A DNA stretch of 63,919 nucleotides, filler included, from Collodictyon triciliatum (lineage: Eukaryota): the NCBI GenBank assembly GCA_043381765.1. It is 4 parts of 4 records of this genome, joined end to end, with 100 filler letters (N's around TTAATTAATTAA, not from the genome) between each part and the next. Parts side by side here need not be neighbours in the genome. Positions count along the whole stretch, not along the records: positions 1 to 28,466 come from JBHJMP010000326.1; 3 more parts are not named here. One strand, 5' to 3'. Under the pieces are notes generated by a model that worked only from the letters and a program-made list of their open reading frames with translations, did no database searches and was not told the origin of the DNA. A program made the translations under genes and the position numbers. Of the stretch, positions 1 to 14,124 are shown piece after piece (within the stretch, counting starts at the first letter, position 1; each line of letters begins with the position of its first letter).

Positions 1-130
<130 letters not shown>

Positions 131-139
131 CTTGATTAG

Positions 140-1502
140 TGGGCTTGCAGATACAGTCATGCACCCTTTCGATACTGTTAAGACACGATTGCAAGCCCAA
201 GTGAAAGCACCGTTCCAATACAATGGAATGCTTCATGCATTCAAAACTATTACACAAAAGGAGGGTATTCGCGGGCTCTATGGAGGTAATTATCATAAAC
301 CACAATTTGAAATATATACTTTTTACTTATCTCCTGAGCATTAATAAATACATAAATTTTAGAATAGCCTCCTCTCTTCAAAAATAAGAAATACAGAAAG
401 GAATTGCTTTTTCTCTTTTAAATTAAGCTTCACTCTGCTGTACTTTATCCAATAGGTCTTGGTCCTGCTGTCGGGTGCGCCATACCAACCACAGCAATTT
501 ACTTTGTTGTATATGAACAGACAAAATCCTTTTTCCTTCCAAAAGTGCGATCTGATTTCCATTCGCTTATTTACTCGACTGCTGGTGCCCTGGGAGAATC
601 AATAGCCTCATTATTTTCGATTCCATTCGAGGTATCTTCCTCCTCTTTTTCAGACATAAACGCAACGAATTTTGTGCGTGCATTTCTTCTTGCAACATTT
701 TGCTTACACGTAAATATGGTGCAATGTGCCTGGTTAAGATTGATTATAGAATCTCAATTTCTCTTCCTGCACACAAGGTGGTCAAGCAACGAATGCAACT
801 CAAAGGTTTACACTCCCATGACCCAGATTACATCGGAAAGTATAAACACACGATGCACGCACTACAATCAATTCTTCGAAAAGTTTGTAGTGGAGAAAAC
901 AATTTCTTATGACTATTTTAATCTATCCAGTTATGTTTTCCTTCTATCTTTTTTTCTTTTCGTTTTTCGTTTTTCGTTTTTCGTTTTTCGTTTTTCGTTT
1001 TTCGTTTTTCGTTTTTCGTTTTTCGTTTTTCGTTTTTCGTTTTCTGATGCACCGTTGTCGGCAGGATGGAATCAGAGGACTTTACATCGGATATGGAGCA
1101 ACCATTCTGCGGGATGCGCCGCTGACTGCCGTGCAGTTTGCCGTGTACGAAGAGATGTGCGTGCTGCTGAAACACCAGCGAGGACTCGGGCGGTCGTACC
1201 AACCAACGACGGCTGAGGCGGTTGTTCTTGGGGGCATCGCCGGCGCAGTTGCAGCCGCAACAACAGCCCCGTTGGATCTGGTCAAAACACGCCTCCAGAT
1301 TCAGGGCGAGGCCGTGGAAGTTCCCCAATATAACGGAATCCGACATGCACTTGCCACGGTGGTAAGGAATGAAGGAGTTCGTGGGCTGTGGAAGGGAATA
1401 GCCCCGCGTGTGGTTTGGGTTGCACCGCAAAGTGCCCTGATGTTCGCGGGCTACGAACTGGCCAAGCTTTTCTTTGTCCCTGACCCGATAGACAAGGTCT
1501 GA
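140..1502 (+). CDS. Mitochondrial carrier family (SLC25) protein, SAMC/Mme1-like; 5'-partial, 4 exons seen
   Basis: Three Px[DE]xx[KR]xR signatures after splicing (PFDTVKTRLQ, PFEVVKQRMQ, PLDLVKTRLQ) and three EG/DG-xRGL[YW] motifs. GT-AG introns about 286-455, 632-777 and 883-1064; TGA at 1500-1502. Confidence 0.9.
957..1043. repeat. (TTTTTCG)n tandem repeat in a carrier intron
   Basis: Direct reading. Confidence 0.95.
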
Positions 1503-2135
1503 GTCTGCGAAAAGAGGAAGAGAGTAAGGAAGAGTGAGTAAGGGAGGGGAAACAGAGAAAAAAAAAAAGGCATGGTCTCAACGAGGTCATTCAAGTATCA
1601 CCATTTGTCCAGGTCGGAGACGGAGCAGTCTTATCTATTTCTCCCTCTTTCCTTCTTTTTCCTTCTTTTTCCTTCTTCTTTTTTCTCTTTAGTTCTTAAC
1701 TTTTTCCTTGTTTCTGTCTGTGCTTGTTATATGTATCCATCACATTCTTGATAAGCCTGAATATTGGAATGAAGCTGAAGGGCAAAGACAGAAGAGGGAT
1801 GTAGCGCTCGAAACAACTCTATTCTTTTCTTTTCTTTTCTTTCTCTTTGTTCCGTTCTTCTCCATCCACTTTATCATCATGAAGACAGAGGTGGGCGATG
1901 GTGTGTTAAGGCGGGCACTTATATTGGCCTGCTTCGAACTACTATGCACAATCTATCCTGTTTCCGCCTTTCCTATTAATGCGGTAAAGCACATAATTGA
2001 ATAAACTGATAATGCTCTATCCACCAAATACGTGAGAACCCAGCCATCATTTATTTAGTTATTTTGCGCCTTGGCTCTGGGGAAGGAATTGGAAAGCCTT
2101 TCTACAGTGGACAAACTATGCCTGTTCGTACGCCC

Positions 2136-5067
2136 CTACTTTCGCTCATCTTTTGTTTTTGATACAGCTATGGTTCGTTTTGGTGTGTGTTAGATGTAGG
2201 TTTGGATGAAATAAAAAATAAGACTAATTTGCAGAAAAATCATACGGTTGAGTTGGTCAATCATTCGTTTCAATGCTTTGCGGTCATTGGATGGATTCAG
2301 CACTGTTTTGTTTTGTTTTGTTGATTAAAAAATTGGGCGCTCGTACAATAATGCTATTCTATCAATTATATAATAATCCATCTATTTATACACCATGATT
2401 GCATCAGATTACATGTGTTTTGCTTTTCGTTAGTGATGTCGGCCAGAGACGCAAGAAACTAGGATGAAAACAATAGCCAATTTAGGAATTGATTATTATT
2501 CTTTTTTAAAAAATAAAAATAAAAATAAAAACTACATTTGAAATCAAATTTTGATAGACAACAAATAAATCTATTGACTGTATACGTTTATGTAGTGCTT
2601 TGAAGAGAGACCGTCTCCATCCTCATAGAGTAGATTACATAGTGTCTAAAGAAACAAAAACAAAAAAGTAAATGTATTTTATTACGAGGTAATGGCAGTA
2701 TGATAGGTTCGATGGATTAACATGATAATGTTACCATTAATGCTTTCTTTGTGATTTCGAGAGGTAAAACACTTTCGACACTTTTAGAACGTGATTTCAC
2801 AATTATCGTAGAGTATGTTGCCTGATTTCATATGTAAAGGGTTGATAAATATATAGATAAGGCTTTTTTTTTTATTCAGATTTATCGATCAGTATGGAAT
2901 ATTTGTAATCATACATGATTATTATAGTAAAAATAAAAAAATCTTAATTCGACAAACCAATGAAACGTTCTCCCATATCTTTCGAAGTGCATGGGGATAC
3001 AAATCAGAGTGGATTACATCTTTTAGCTTTTCATTTTCTTCATGAATCCGACCAAGGTCTTCTGAGACAGAGGCTTTTGAAGTTTATGATGGTTAATTCT
3101 GCCGAATTGTGGTGGTAGTTGTGTACAAATCGATCGTTTCTGTGTCAAAAATCTTACAGGATATGTGTGGGAGGATTGTATCAAAGTCTAGCAGAAACAC
3201 AGTCGTATGTATCGATGACCCTCTCTTTCTACTGGCTTTTGCTGCTTCCAGCTCTTTCAAGCACCAAGTTTCAATCAGCTTCTTCACATCCAGGCAATAG
3301 TCCGAAATTATGTCTCGGTACTGATTATGCAGAGAAACGAAAAATAATAAATTAAAAATATTAACAAGTAGAGCTCGTATTGAATTTGAGGTGAACTCTA
3401 ATGTCGATCATGGAGCTTATCAATCCCAGCGAAGTCTTTTTCGCTTGGAGATAAAAATCCTTCACTTCTTCATCCAATTTCGTGGGTGGTATATGTTTGG
3501 TGCTAACTATTCACATTTCAACTTTATTTTAATATCTAGTTGGGTTGTGCAGAGAACAGAGAATGCACATATGAAATGTAATTGCTATATCAAACTTACG
3601 CTCCATCGATACTTGTACGTAAAGGCTCTGCTGCGTCAATGTTTTGGAAACGCTAAAGTCAAGGTACTCTCGACAGTAATAGATGTTGTTGATGATGATA
3701 GTGAGCTAAGGCAAGAAAAAAATGAAAGCATATGTCATTAAAATTGGATGCTATTTTAATTGATTATCAAATGGAATACTTAACTGTCGTATTTCATTTG
3801 AATGGAAGTACATATCATCCGTTAACCTTTTTTTTTATTCTGTTTTATATGTAGTGGAGACAAACCTCTTTTGATTTCTCCGCAGTGTATCTTCCTGTAT
3901 CTCTTTCAATGGTGGCATACTTTGATACCATGATGCTGACATAGTGATTCACCAGCCCAAGGTACTTCTATGAATCAAAGAAGGGTGTAAGATAAGAGAG
4001 AGTTAAGGGTAGATGCCTATCTATTTCAATGGATGATCAGAATGAAATGGACCTTCATGAAGTACTCGACAAAAGTGTACGAGTTCTCTCTAGAGTTGTA
4101 TAAAGCTTCTGGGTCGAATGATTGGTAAAGAATGTCGATATGCTGCTCGATTGCAGAAAATACATCGGTCAACGAAGTCGAAAATCTGGCCTCACCAATA
4201 AGTGCGAGCTTTTTTTTTCATCAAAAATCATATAATTTCGTAAGAATCGGATGGTAGATGCATTTTCTTCAAGAACGCATTAATATGGAGGGTTTGAAGA
4301 AATGATAAATGCGCAATTACTTTTTCCTTTTCTTTTAAAAAAAGTGTGTGATGAAACCAAATTTTTATAGTATAGATTCTCACATTGTCGACATGGCACG
4401 AGCGCTGCACGACATCTGTCAACGTTGAAGATGTTTCATCAATCCACAAAATCACAGATTTTTCAAAGAGGGTGTCCAAAGGTGGTGGCTCAATTCTCCT
4501 GTAGAAATGAATTTGAAAAATTAACAACCAAACGAAATAGGTGAAAAATGATATCTCTTAATTGACGTAATGTGATGTCATGTTTGCTTCATCTTGTCCC
4601 TGTTGCGCTTTGAATCGAATAAAGAGGGGAAATCATGCATGTTTCATACTCTGTTAAAAATGGTGTCAGGTCTTCTTTTAGGGCTCTCCACGCAGAAATG
4701 GACTTAAAAATGACAAACGAATCCATATGTAACGAACCGTATTCGTAGGCCATGAATAGGGTCTATAGAAAGGGAGCAATATTTATCGGAATCATAGTGA
4801 CTATTTGGAGCTAAAATCGATTTTTAGTAAAGTAAACATTCTAAAAGAAGAAGTATTGCGAACCTCTGCAGAAAGTGTCGAAAAGAAATGAGTAGCTATG
4901 ATGCTTTCGTACTTGATACCGCTACTTAATATTAGACGTGATTATTCGTAAGCACTTGGATTATCATTTGGTAATAAAAAAATCCTTGATTAATGGTTTA
5001 ATTTGAACCTATCTTCCTTTCATCCTAGTTGTTTGTTGTTTGTTGTTGTTTTTTTGTTTTTTTTTTT

Positions 5068-5147
<80 letters not shown>

Positions 5148-5655
5148 NNNNNNNNNNNNNNNNNNNNNNNNNNNNNNNNNNNNNNNNNNNNNNNNNNNNN
5201 NNNNNNNNNNNNNNNNNNNNNNNNNNNNNNNNNNNNNNNNNNNNNNNTTTTTTGGTTTTTTTTGGTTTTTTTTGGTTTTTTTTGGTTTTTTTTTGGTTTT
5301 TTTTTGTTTTGTTTTTTGTTTTTGTTTTTGTTATATTTACCAACCTGGGAAATTCGTCTTTGTAGAAAGTAAGCGATTCAAAGTCGCATTTAGTAGACCT
5401 TAAAACTTCGATGTACTGGAGTGGGCTCAAAACGGCTCGGTTTTCAGATGGGGCTCTCTATTTCATGATTATGCGTCATTATCTTTTGATTCTTTATTTT
5501 ATCGAAATGTCTAGAAGTGAAACGACCTATATATTAGCAATCAAATATGCAATTCATACTCCGGATTCATGTTTTGACCGCGCTGCTTCAAGTATACAGT
5601 CCATCCTTTTTCTTGCTGACCTCTTTTGCATTTTTTTTTTTAGGGGGTGGGGGCC

Positions 5656-5732
<77 letters not shown>

Positions 5733-8556
5733 TTAACGTGATTGTTATTTTGCTTTATCAGGTCCCAATATACATATCCAATAATATGTCTTGATAATAG
5801 ATCAATACCAACAAAATCAATGACAATAATAGTAAATAGTAATAGCAACCTGAATGTAGTCGTTGACCCTATCCTGAAACATAGAAACGGTTGGTGTGAC
5901 ACTTTGCTCCACTTTATGAGATAGATTGATACACTTGGGTAAAGATAATGATTATTAAAACAACCTCTTTTTTTTTTTTGAAAGAAAAATTGATTGCTCA
6001 TAAACACAGCAACATAGTGTTTTTGTGAAATTTGCAAATACAAACATAGAATTGAATTGAGGTTTGATTAAAGAACACGTGTCGATGGAAGAAAAACCTG
6101 GAGTAATATGCGAATAAGCCGTTGCATGATACCCGACGGTGTGTTTTTGGGATACGTTGTAATAAAATTATCCAAGTGTTGGTCCACGTAAGTAAACAAT
6201 TGCGATGATATAGAACGCAAAGCCGAGAGCTAGTAAATGAGTCGTTCATAAGCCAGTGTATGAATTAGAAGCTTCGAGAAAATATCATAATGGCTGTCAA
6301 CTGAGGGCTCTGCAAATACATATACATAAAATAATTTTATGAAAGCGCCTGACATTCACGATTTACCTCGTATTTGGTTAGGTGATATTCTTTCCATGTC
6401 CCACTAACTGAAGCTCGGACTCTTGAGACCAAAAACTCAAACTGAGACGCTACGCACTCAAGATGGTTTGGGTCTGAAGGCATTCCTTTCGAGTAGAAAT
6501 CAAGAACACTGCAGAATTTTATAAATTTACGTATCGTTTGTGCCTCTGTGGCTTTTCCATTATCATATGCCAGATTAAAACTTGGGTAATATGCCCCACG
6601 GTATACCTTCTGGATATCAACATAGCATTACAATATACTAATCGTTAGAATGAAACAACTCACGTCAAATGCTGAAAATTCTCAGATATGCCATAAAAAT
6701 TTGCGAATTGGTCGAGTATCGTCTGTATATGTATTGGGAGTGAAAAATCTTCAGCTGAGGTCAATGAATAGCTTTTCTTGGATGTAATTCTGTTCCGTTT
6801 TTCAGTCTGCATGACCCTGGATGAGAGCGATATTTTGACATAATTAGGGATATTCGATTGCAATTGGAAATGAAGTATTCGTACTGGAAGAACAAAGCCC
6901 TGTAGTATATATGGTAATCAGATTTCAAAAGCTTTCGGTCGAGTTCAAGTAGCTCTAATTCTGGAGCGCACTTGAAGTGGGCCTGTGATATCTCGCTGGA
7001 GAATGAAAAAAAAAAAAGGAATATTTATGTAAATAAATTGACGAGGAGTATGGAAATAACATGGAAATAATTATTATACAAATTAAGGCGCTCGTGCTCT
7101 TTCTCTTTGAATATAAAGAACGAAGCATCATCCTGCAGATTGGCCGAGAGTGAGTGAAGGCAGTAGTGTCAAAATGGGATTGAAGGGATTTTATGTTTAC
7201 GATAATCATACATAGAATGCCGCAGCATCATAGTAGGGGTTGGTCCCCACTCCACTCTTGAAAGACATCAGCATTTGGCACGCTAACTAAATAAGTACCC
7301 ATATACTTAGAAAAACTCCTTGTAGTGGTACTGTCAAGTATTGATGAACAAACACATATAAATTTATAGCTGCACATTTCTGAGCAAATAGAGAAATACA
7401 CTCCAGCTCCCACTCCGAACGATTCGTTGCGCCACATGTTGTTGCAGGTGATTGAATTCAAACACGGAGGTCAAATATCCGACACAGTTTTGAATCAGCT
7501 TCGAAATAGAATGTATATGTAAATAACGGAGCGAAAAGAGAGAAAATTAGAATCAATTCAAGGTCATGCGTCACACATGAGCTTGCTGTGCTGTCAGTTT
7601 GATATTTTGTAGCAGAAAATCATGTTAAATAATAACCTCGGGGGCTGCATCCCACCAACTTCTCACAAGCGGTCGCAAGGATATCTCATACAAGTCCAAG
7701 AAATCGTTCTATATAATGTGAATATATCAATCTGAATCGATAGCTATGAAGGATTATACTCTCTGGGACTGCAAGTAGTCCCACAGATGTAACCATGAAA
7801 ATGTACCCTGATGAACTCAACATAATGAGGTTTCCATGTGGAATTGTAGTATGAAATAAGCTGCTGTATTTTCGATGCGGTGAGTGTCGACATCCACATA
7901 TCAAGTTCTTGTCCTCTATATTTTGTGGGAAAGTATGTCATGGATGAAAGTCACATAAAATTTTGAAATTTATCATAATTAAAATTACACTATGAATGCG
8001 ACAGGGAATACTAGCATCGAGTAAATATGTCTAAATATCTTCTTTTTTTTTTTTTTTTTCTGCGCCAATTGAAGAAAATTACGTTCCGACTATGAATGTG
8101 TAATTCGAGAAAATGTCTCGAATAATGAGCCTGAACTCGCTCTCATTCTGCCGTGCTTTACCGTCTTCATTGCATACATGTCCCCAGCTCAGCTCTGTAA
8201 CGCTCTTTGTAAATATTGCAGACTCCTGAAGAAAGAAAATAGTATTAAGAAACAGCAAGACTCTCAAAAAAAAAAAAAGGATTCATTACACTTGCTCTTT
8301 TCGATAAGACCAGAACTCCTTCGTCCAAGGAAAGCCATCTCGTCTTGTATTCTTTGTCGAATGTTTCCACTATCCCACTTAGCCCCGCCCAAACCAAGGC
8401 TTTGTATTCACTGGCAAAATAGCCATCTGAATAATCCTGTGATATTGGTGGAAGCGGCTTTAAGATATTGAATTTCTGTTGAGAAGATGACTTTTCAAAT
8501 GATGCAGGCGAGGGTGATGCCATTTTTCCTGATATCTCTTGCTTTCCTAGAGACAT
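2136..8556 (-). CDS. Multi-exon protein with N-terminal PH-like domain and MUN/MHD (Munc13/CATCHR-like) helical region
   Basis: Spliced segments YKTRWLSLDEGVL and QELDMWMSTL are PH-like. ILDQFANFYGIS, YPKNTPSGIMQRLIRILL, ILWIDETSSTLTDVVQRS, FSTSLTDVFSAIEQ and LTIIINNIYYCREYL are MHD1-like; ALRKIWENV and LLYEDGDGLS are MHD2-like. Last exon ends KDERK-TAG at 2136-2138. Some internal exons are unresolved. Confidence 0.6.
5657..5731. repeat. (GT)n microsatellite, intronic
   Basis: Direct reading. Confidence 0.95.
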
Positions 8557-8938
8557 GGGCTAAAAAAAAAAAAAGTGCATTCAGTTACTGTCTGCCCTTT
8601 AATTTTATATTCGGTCATCAATCTGGCTTATGTATCTATAATGTTGTGATGTACGAGTATAAAAATTACTTTTCTACATTATTTGGAATAAAAAAAATCC
8701 TACAAAAAATGGTGAAGCTGGTCGAGATTCGACAAGAGAGGGTGATATGTTGTCTGGATTTCTCATTTCATTTGATTTTCCTCTAATAAAACCAAATTTA
8801 GGTATGTATACCGATACTTTAATATATTTTCCTTTCCTAGTATCATAATTGAGTCTTTCTTTCGATCAAACTTTAACCTTATCATATAACTTTGTTTTTA
8901 AAAAGTATTTGAATGATAGTGTATTATGAAACATAGTT

Positions 8939-9300
8939 TTAATACTTTAGTGAATGATCAAGTATTCCGTTAGCTTCATCGGTTAATGATGTTGGAAACA
9001 CTGAGTCACCCTTTGACGAACTCTGTTAATCATCGACATTATATACAGAAGAAGGTAAATTGTGTGATTTTTTTTTGAATTTCAAATATTTAGATTTTGG
9101 TTACACTGCAAAGGCAATATGAAAGCGTAAATTTTGTGGGGCCAGGATATAAAAGGATGTTTTTGGTTTGTTTTGGTTTGTTTTGGTTTGTTTTGGTTTG
9201 TTTTGGTTTGTTTTGGTTTGTTTTGGTTTGTTTTGTTTTGTTTTGTTTTGTTTTGTTTTGTTTTGTTTTGTTTTGTTTTGTTTTGTTTTGTTTTGTTTTG

Positions 9301-9331
<31 letters not shown>

Positions 9332-10515
9332 CACATGGAATCAAATGGGGATTTCAAAGTGCATATCGCTACCAAAGTCATTAAACTCGTCGATGTCGAG
9401 CTCGAATCATTTTCCCTTGAGGTGTATTTAGAATTGCTGCGAATAGCTTCTACTGGTATTGATACCGACCGAGTTTCCTCTTGAAGATACTTGGTCAAGT
9501 TTCTATAATTTATGTGTTACTGTTGGATATGTCGCCCAATAAGGCACATAGAGACGAATCAAAAAAAAAGCGTTCGCTTTGACCTTACTCAACTATATTG
9601 AAATTCTGTTTCCTTGTATTTTATGTTAAGAGTTTGTAAATGGAAAAAAACTTAATTCATGAAGTGATTTTGTGTGTGTGGTACAATTACATTTTTCCAG
9701 AAAAATCGTCTGTTAATACTTTGATGTAAAACTCATTTTCGGGAATTAAACGGCGCCTGTGAAGGAGACATAGATTGAGAAAAACGGAATGGCATTGTGA
9801 ATATCAAAAAAAAATATGAATATAGTGATTCGAGGTACTTAATTTCCATAGTGTGATGTTCAACTAAATAAATAAAATAAAAAAGGGCTTCTTACTCTGC
9901 ACAGGGAAGGTCATTTGATTGTTTCATGTGTTGTTGTGAATCAACATCTGCTATCTTTGTTTCTTTTTCGATAGTTATTTTTGGAGATGGCAAAACAAAG
10001 TTCTGTGGAAGATGGAACGGTAACTTTAAGCAATTTGGGTGAACAGTGGTAGGAATATACATGGTAACAGAATACAATATATGTATATTCAAAGGAATGA
10101 TAAATCATTCGGAAGAACGTAATAAATTACACTACGGGTGTGGTGGGGTTAGGCAACTGTCTTTGCACGGCCTTCGGTGTCTGAAATGAGTAAATGGTGG
10201 CGATGTAATGTAATTTTATTAAGTGTCAAAGGTACGAGAAGCAACTATTTGGCTAAGTTGTAACATAACGGGGGAATAATACTAATTATATTATTAGTGT
10301 TTCCTTGAATTTTTGCAAGAGCCGTTCGGATATTTCTTTACTTGTTGCATTTTCAGCTTATCCGAATATCTCGTTTGTACAGAAGGGGATGGTGTCAGTT
10401 GCTTCGATACTTCATCAAACAGGAAGTTTTCTCCCAAATCGATTGTTGCGCGCTTGTCTCTACCTCATAACAACCCAATAAACGCATATTAGTTGATTGG
10501 ATAAACGCACACATC

Positions 10516-10595
<80 letters not shown>

Positions 10596-11147
10596 ACACG
10601 CGTCGGTTTTTATTTTGATAAATCATAACAGAGGCGCCATAAAACGAGTCTGTGTAATCTTCATGAAAAAAGAAATACATCATGACTGGAAGCTTTCCCC
10701 AGTGGCGTGTCGCTGGATTACTGGAGGAGGAAAAGGGTTGGTATCCATGACCATGTGTTCTGGTGGGACTTTGCAACTAGTTCAGGGAATGAATGCACAA
10801 GAAACAGGTGCGTGAGGTGGGCAATGGCAGTTTCTTTTGCCTAAACGAAAAACCTTGATTGAGCAGCAGATCCGAGCGGGAATTGATCGTCTCCGGTAGA
10901 CTGCGAGCGTGCGCGTCTGATTGAGACAGAGTTACTGCTCATCGTATCTGACCATGTCGGATGGATAGGTTAGAAATCTCTCTAAAGTCCTCAAAGAAGT
11001 GCCAGCGTATCTCTCTCTCTCCATCGGGCTGCAGTGATCCAATATCCGCGGTTGGTTGCTTTCGATCCAGCGATCAAAGCCAGTCGGAATGCAGAGGGTT
11101 ACAGGCTTTGCTGCAGCAATACCACAACGCTTTGCGAAGGGCTCCAT
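8939..11147 (-). CDS. Hypothetical multi-exon, Ser/Pro-rich protein
   Basis: Chain of AG/GT-bounded open segments (DKRATIDLGENFLFDEV, LPSPKITIEKETK, RRLIPENEFYIKVLTDD, NLTKYLQEETRS, ending DHSLKY-TAA). No recognised domain; start uncertain. Confidence 0.4.
9160..9330. repeat. Compound (TTTTGGTTTG)n/(TTTTG)n repeat
   Basis: Direct reading. Confidence 0.95.
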
Positions 11148-11610
11148 ATCTGACTATATATTTAAGCATTCTATTTACATGAATAGTTCTGTGCGAATCA
11201 ACATCAGTGCATTACTGGAGTGAAATGGGCGATATATACTTTATTTTCCGCATTTGTACAGGTTGTTCGGTTAATTTTTTTTTAGTAATAATAATACAGT
11301 GTATTATGTAAAGATAGGTCGGCCAGCGCTTGAATCGCAAGGCTGTTTGCATGCTTATGTGCGTTTTCTTGCGCTAGTATTTATCTGCATCTTATAATGG
11401 GCGATGCATCCAACAGCCATACCATAGCGCTCCATCTAACAACTTGAGGGAGCAATCACAGAGCCACTTGCCCTTTTTTGTATACCCCTTCTGGTATGAA
11501 AATAAAGAAGAAACAAACGAATTAAAAAATCTACATTACACTTCATATTCTGGTCATGAGACTAAAGATGCCTGTAAACAAGAGATTGTAAACCTTCGGG
11601 CTTTGTATCC

Positions 11611-11715
<105 letters not shown>

Positions 11716-11823
11716 CATCATCATTTTGGGGAACTCATTATTTATTCCATTTCTTTTTATTGGAGGGGTTTGCTTTTTGAGTTTTTTAATCTCTCCACGG
11801 AAATTGCACGCATCGCGTTCGGA

Positions 11824-14124
11824 TTAAGATTCAAACTTTGACTGAAAATCAAGTAAAAATGCAAAAATGATTGATAAGAGCGTAAAGAATGGCACCCAGG
11901 AAATCAGCATGAATAGTTGTGATATAAATGTTCGGGTTGTCTCGTACAGATGGTCTTGCATGGGAATCTTCAGGAAATATATCTCCACAAACAATGATGT
12001 AAAGTCAAAAATCAAAGCCAACACCAAGAAAATAACAATCGATTCTAATCCATCTGTGAATATCTCCACAAGATTCAAATCGAAAATATTATCGAATGCA
12101 TCATCTTCATTATTATCACCGTAATAAGAAAAATTTCGATCTTTCCTATAGTAGTAGTAATAATAACCTGAATTCACGTCTCCCAGGCGAATAAGATTGA
12201 TGGCTGTATTTGCTATAAAATATCCAACAACCAAAAGTCTAAACTCGTTTCTTTGCTCTGACCATACGCCTTCTGCTTGCTTGTGTAAATCTTCTTCTGT
12301 AGGTCCTTGACTTACATGCTCTGACACGACATCTGGGGGCCCTGCCTCATTGGTATCTTTGTTGTCTCTTGAATGCTTCCCATCGAATATAAGACCCTTT
12401 ACCCAGCGAAAGAAGTGGTATCGTAACAAGTACGTCGACCTTATACCAAACTCTATTACTCCTCCAAGCGCACCATACAGAAATGTATAGTATGGCTCGG
12501 GAGAATTCCAGTCTCCTAGAATTATAAGCACCATTTATTAAAAAAAATTCTACCTTTCCATTACAACTCCATAAATACTCAAAAAATGATTCTTATTTCA
12601 TTTTTATTTATTTGGAAAAAAGGAACTAATACCATCTGATGCCTTTGATATGGCACCCACCAACGATATTCGGCTCATGAGTACAAGCGGTATAGTGAGC
12701 ACGGTTAATGCTATGTATCGGCTAGACATATATCTTCCCTTAATATGGGATAGTAAATATCTGATGATGACTCTAAAAATGAAGATAATTCCTGGAAAGG
12801 CCAGAAGTCGAATCGATAAGGACTCTACAGTATCAGCATACGAGAAGATTGATACTATCGCCAGAAGTATCGTTACGAATAAGAACAGATACATGACTAC
12901 AAAGGACGAAGCTACTGAGAACGGTGTTCTGTCTTGTGTTATGTCAAAATATTCTACTGCCGCGGGGTCTTCTGATTCAGGGGGACAGTGAGAACTCTTC
13001 AAGGTACATAGCAAGTATGGCCAGATGAGAAAAAGGAAGCTTGATACACTCAAGAGAGCAAACCCAGTGGACGCCTCGCTGGAAAATACAGCTGAAGCAA
13101 ACAAGAAAATATTACTCACAATCATCATTAAACCCATCTGAACTGCAAGTCTGAGAGTGAAAAATGGCCCAAATATCGCTTTGAACATTATTAGAATGGC
13201 GATAAAGAAGAATGTGAACCCCAAAAGCAGTAAAATTAGGAAGCCAACAATCAGCTCCCCTCCCGTTATCATCCACATTATCATCGCAAAGTACAGGGCA
13301 GACAATATGACAAACGGAGTGTCCGTAATAACTTGTATCGCCAACAGCTTCAGAGACAACCATAAACACTCGCAAACAGAGTAAGGATTGCTCATCTTCG
13401 TCTTCAAAAGCGGTAATTTTTCAGTGTCATCATTCTTCTTTGGATTATCGCCGTACCTCCTATTTAACGTGGGTTCAGTTAGATGTATCATGTAGATTTT
13501 TTTCTCTTATTTATGTTGATTTTTGTTAAAAAAAAAAAAAAAAGAAAGAAGTAGATAATGCTGAAAGATTGACAACTGAGGTGGTTGAAGAATAGCAGTA
13601 TCTGGTTAAAGTATTGTTTGAGTAGAGAATGACATAATCGGTGCTTTTAGCGTATCTGATTGTTACCATATCTCGCGTTCGCCATCGACATAGGAGCTTG
13701 TTTGAGTTGAAAAAAGGGAGGAGAACGCCAAAACGCTCCTTGAGGACTCAACTCTTTGAGTAGTGACGGACATTCGATAAGACTCTAGCCTTTTAATATC
13801 GGTTTGCAGGCAATCGTCTGCTTCATTTGAGCTCGATGAGCTGCTAGAATGGTAGCGATTAATCCTGGGCTCGGCCTTTATAGAGGTGCGGTCCTCCTCG
13901 ATGGTTTCCCCTTGTGGTTCGTTTTTCTTACTCAGGCTTGTGTTGGCACCCTGGCTGGCAGATGATAAAGGCTTTATTCCTGGCTCTTGTGGGTGGTAAG
14001 CTTCACAGGTGCCTGCCCCATTATCATAGTTGGATATAGGTTGAACCAGGTTGGGTGTATTGTTTCCGGCTGAAGCAGACAAGGCATGGGAATCTTTGGT
14101 GTGGGACTGATTGGCCTCTTCCAT
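11824..14124 (-). CDS. Uncharacterised multi-pass membrane protein with disordered N-terminus; 3 coding exons
   Basis: ORFs 13663-14130, 12604-13491 and 11824-12534 join in frame through GT-AG introns (TG|G at about 13666/13459, with CTAAC branch point; G|GA at about 12633/12516). Many hydrophobic helices. Confidence 0.75.

Noticed and set aside
1708-2330. Plus-strand spliceable ORF faintly resembling an RB pocket helix (LACFELLCTIY...FP)
   Set aside because: Overlaps the final exons and 3'UTR of the minus-strand MUN-like gene; the similarity is too short.
5003-5430. Poly-F, K, I, N and L ORFs here and at other repeats and gaps
   Set aside because: Translations of homopolymers, microsatellites and Ns.
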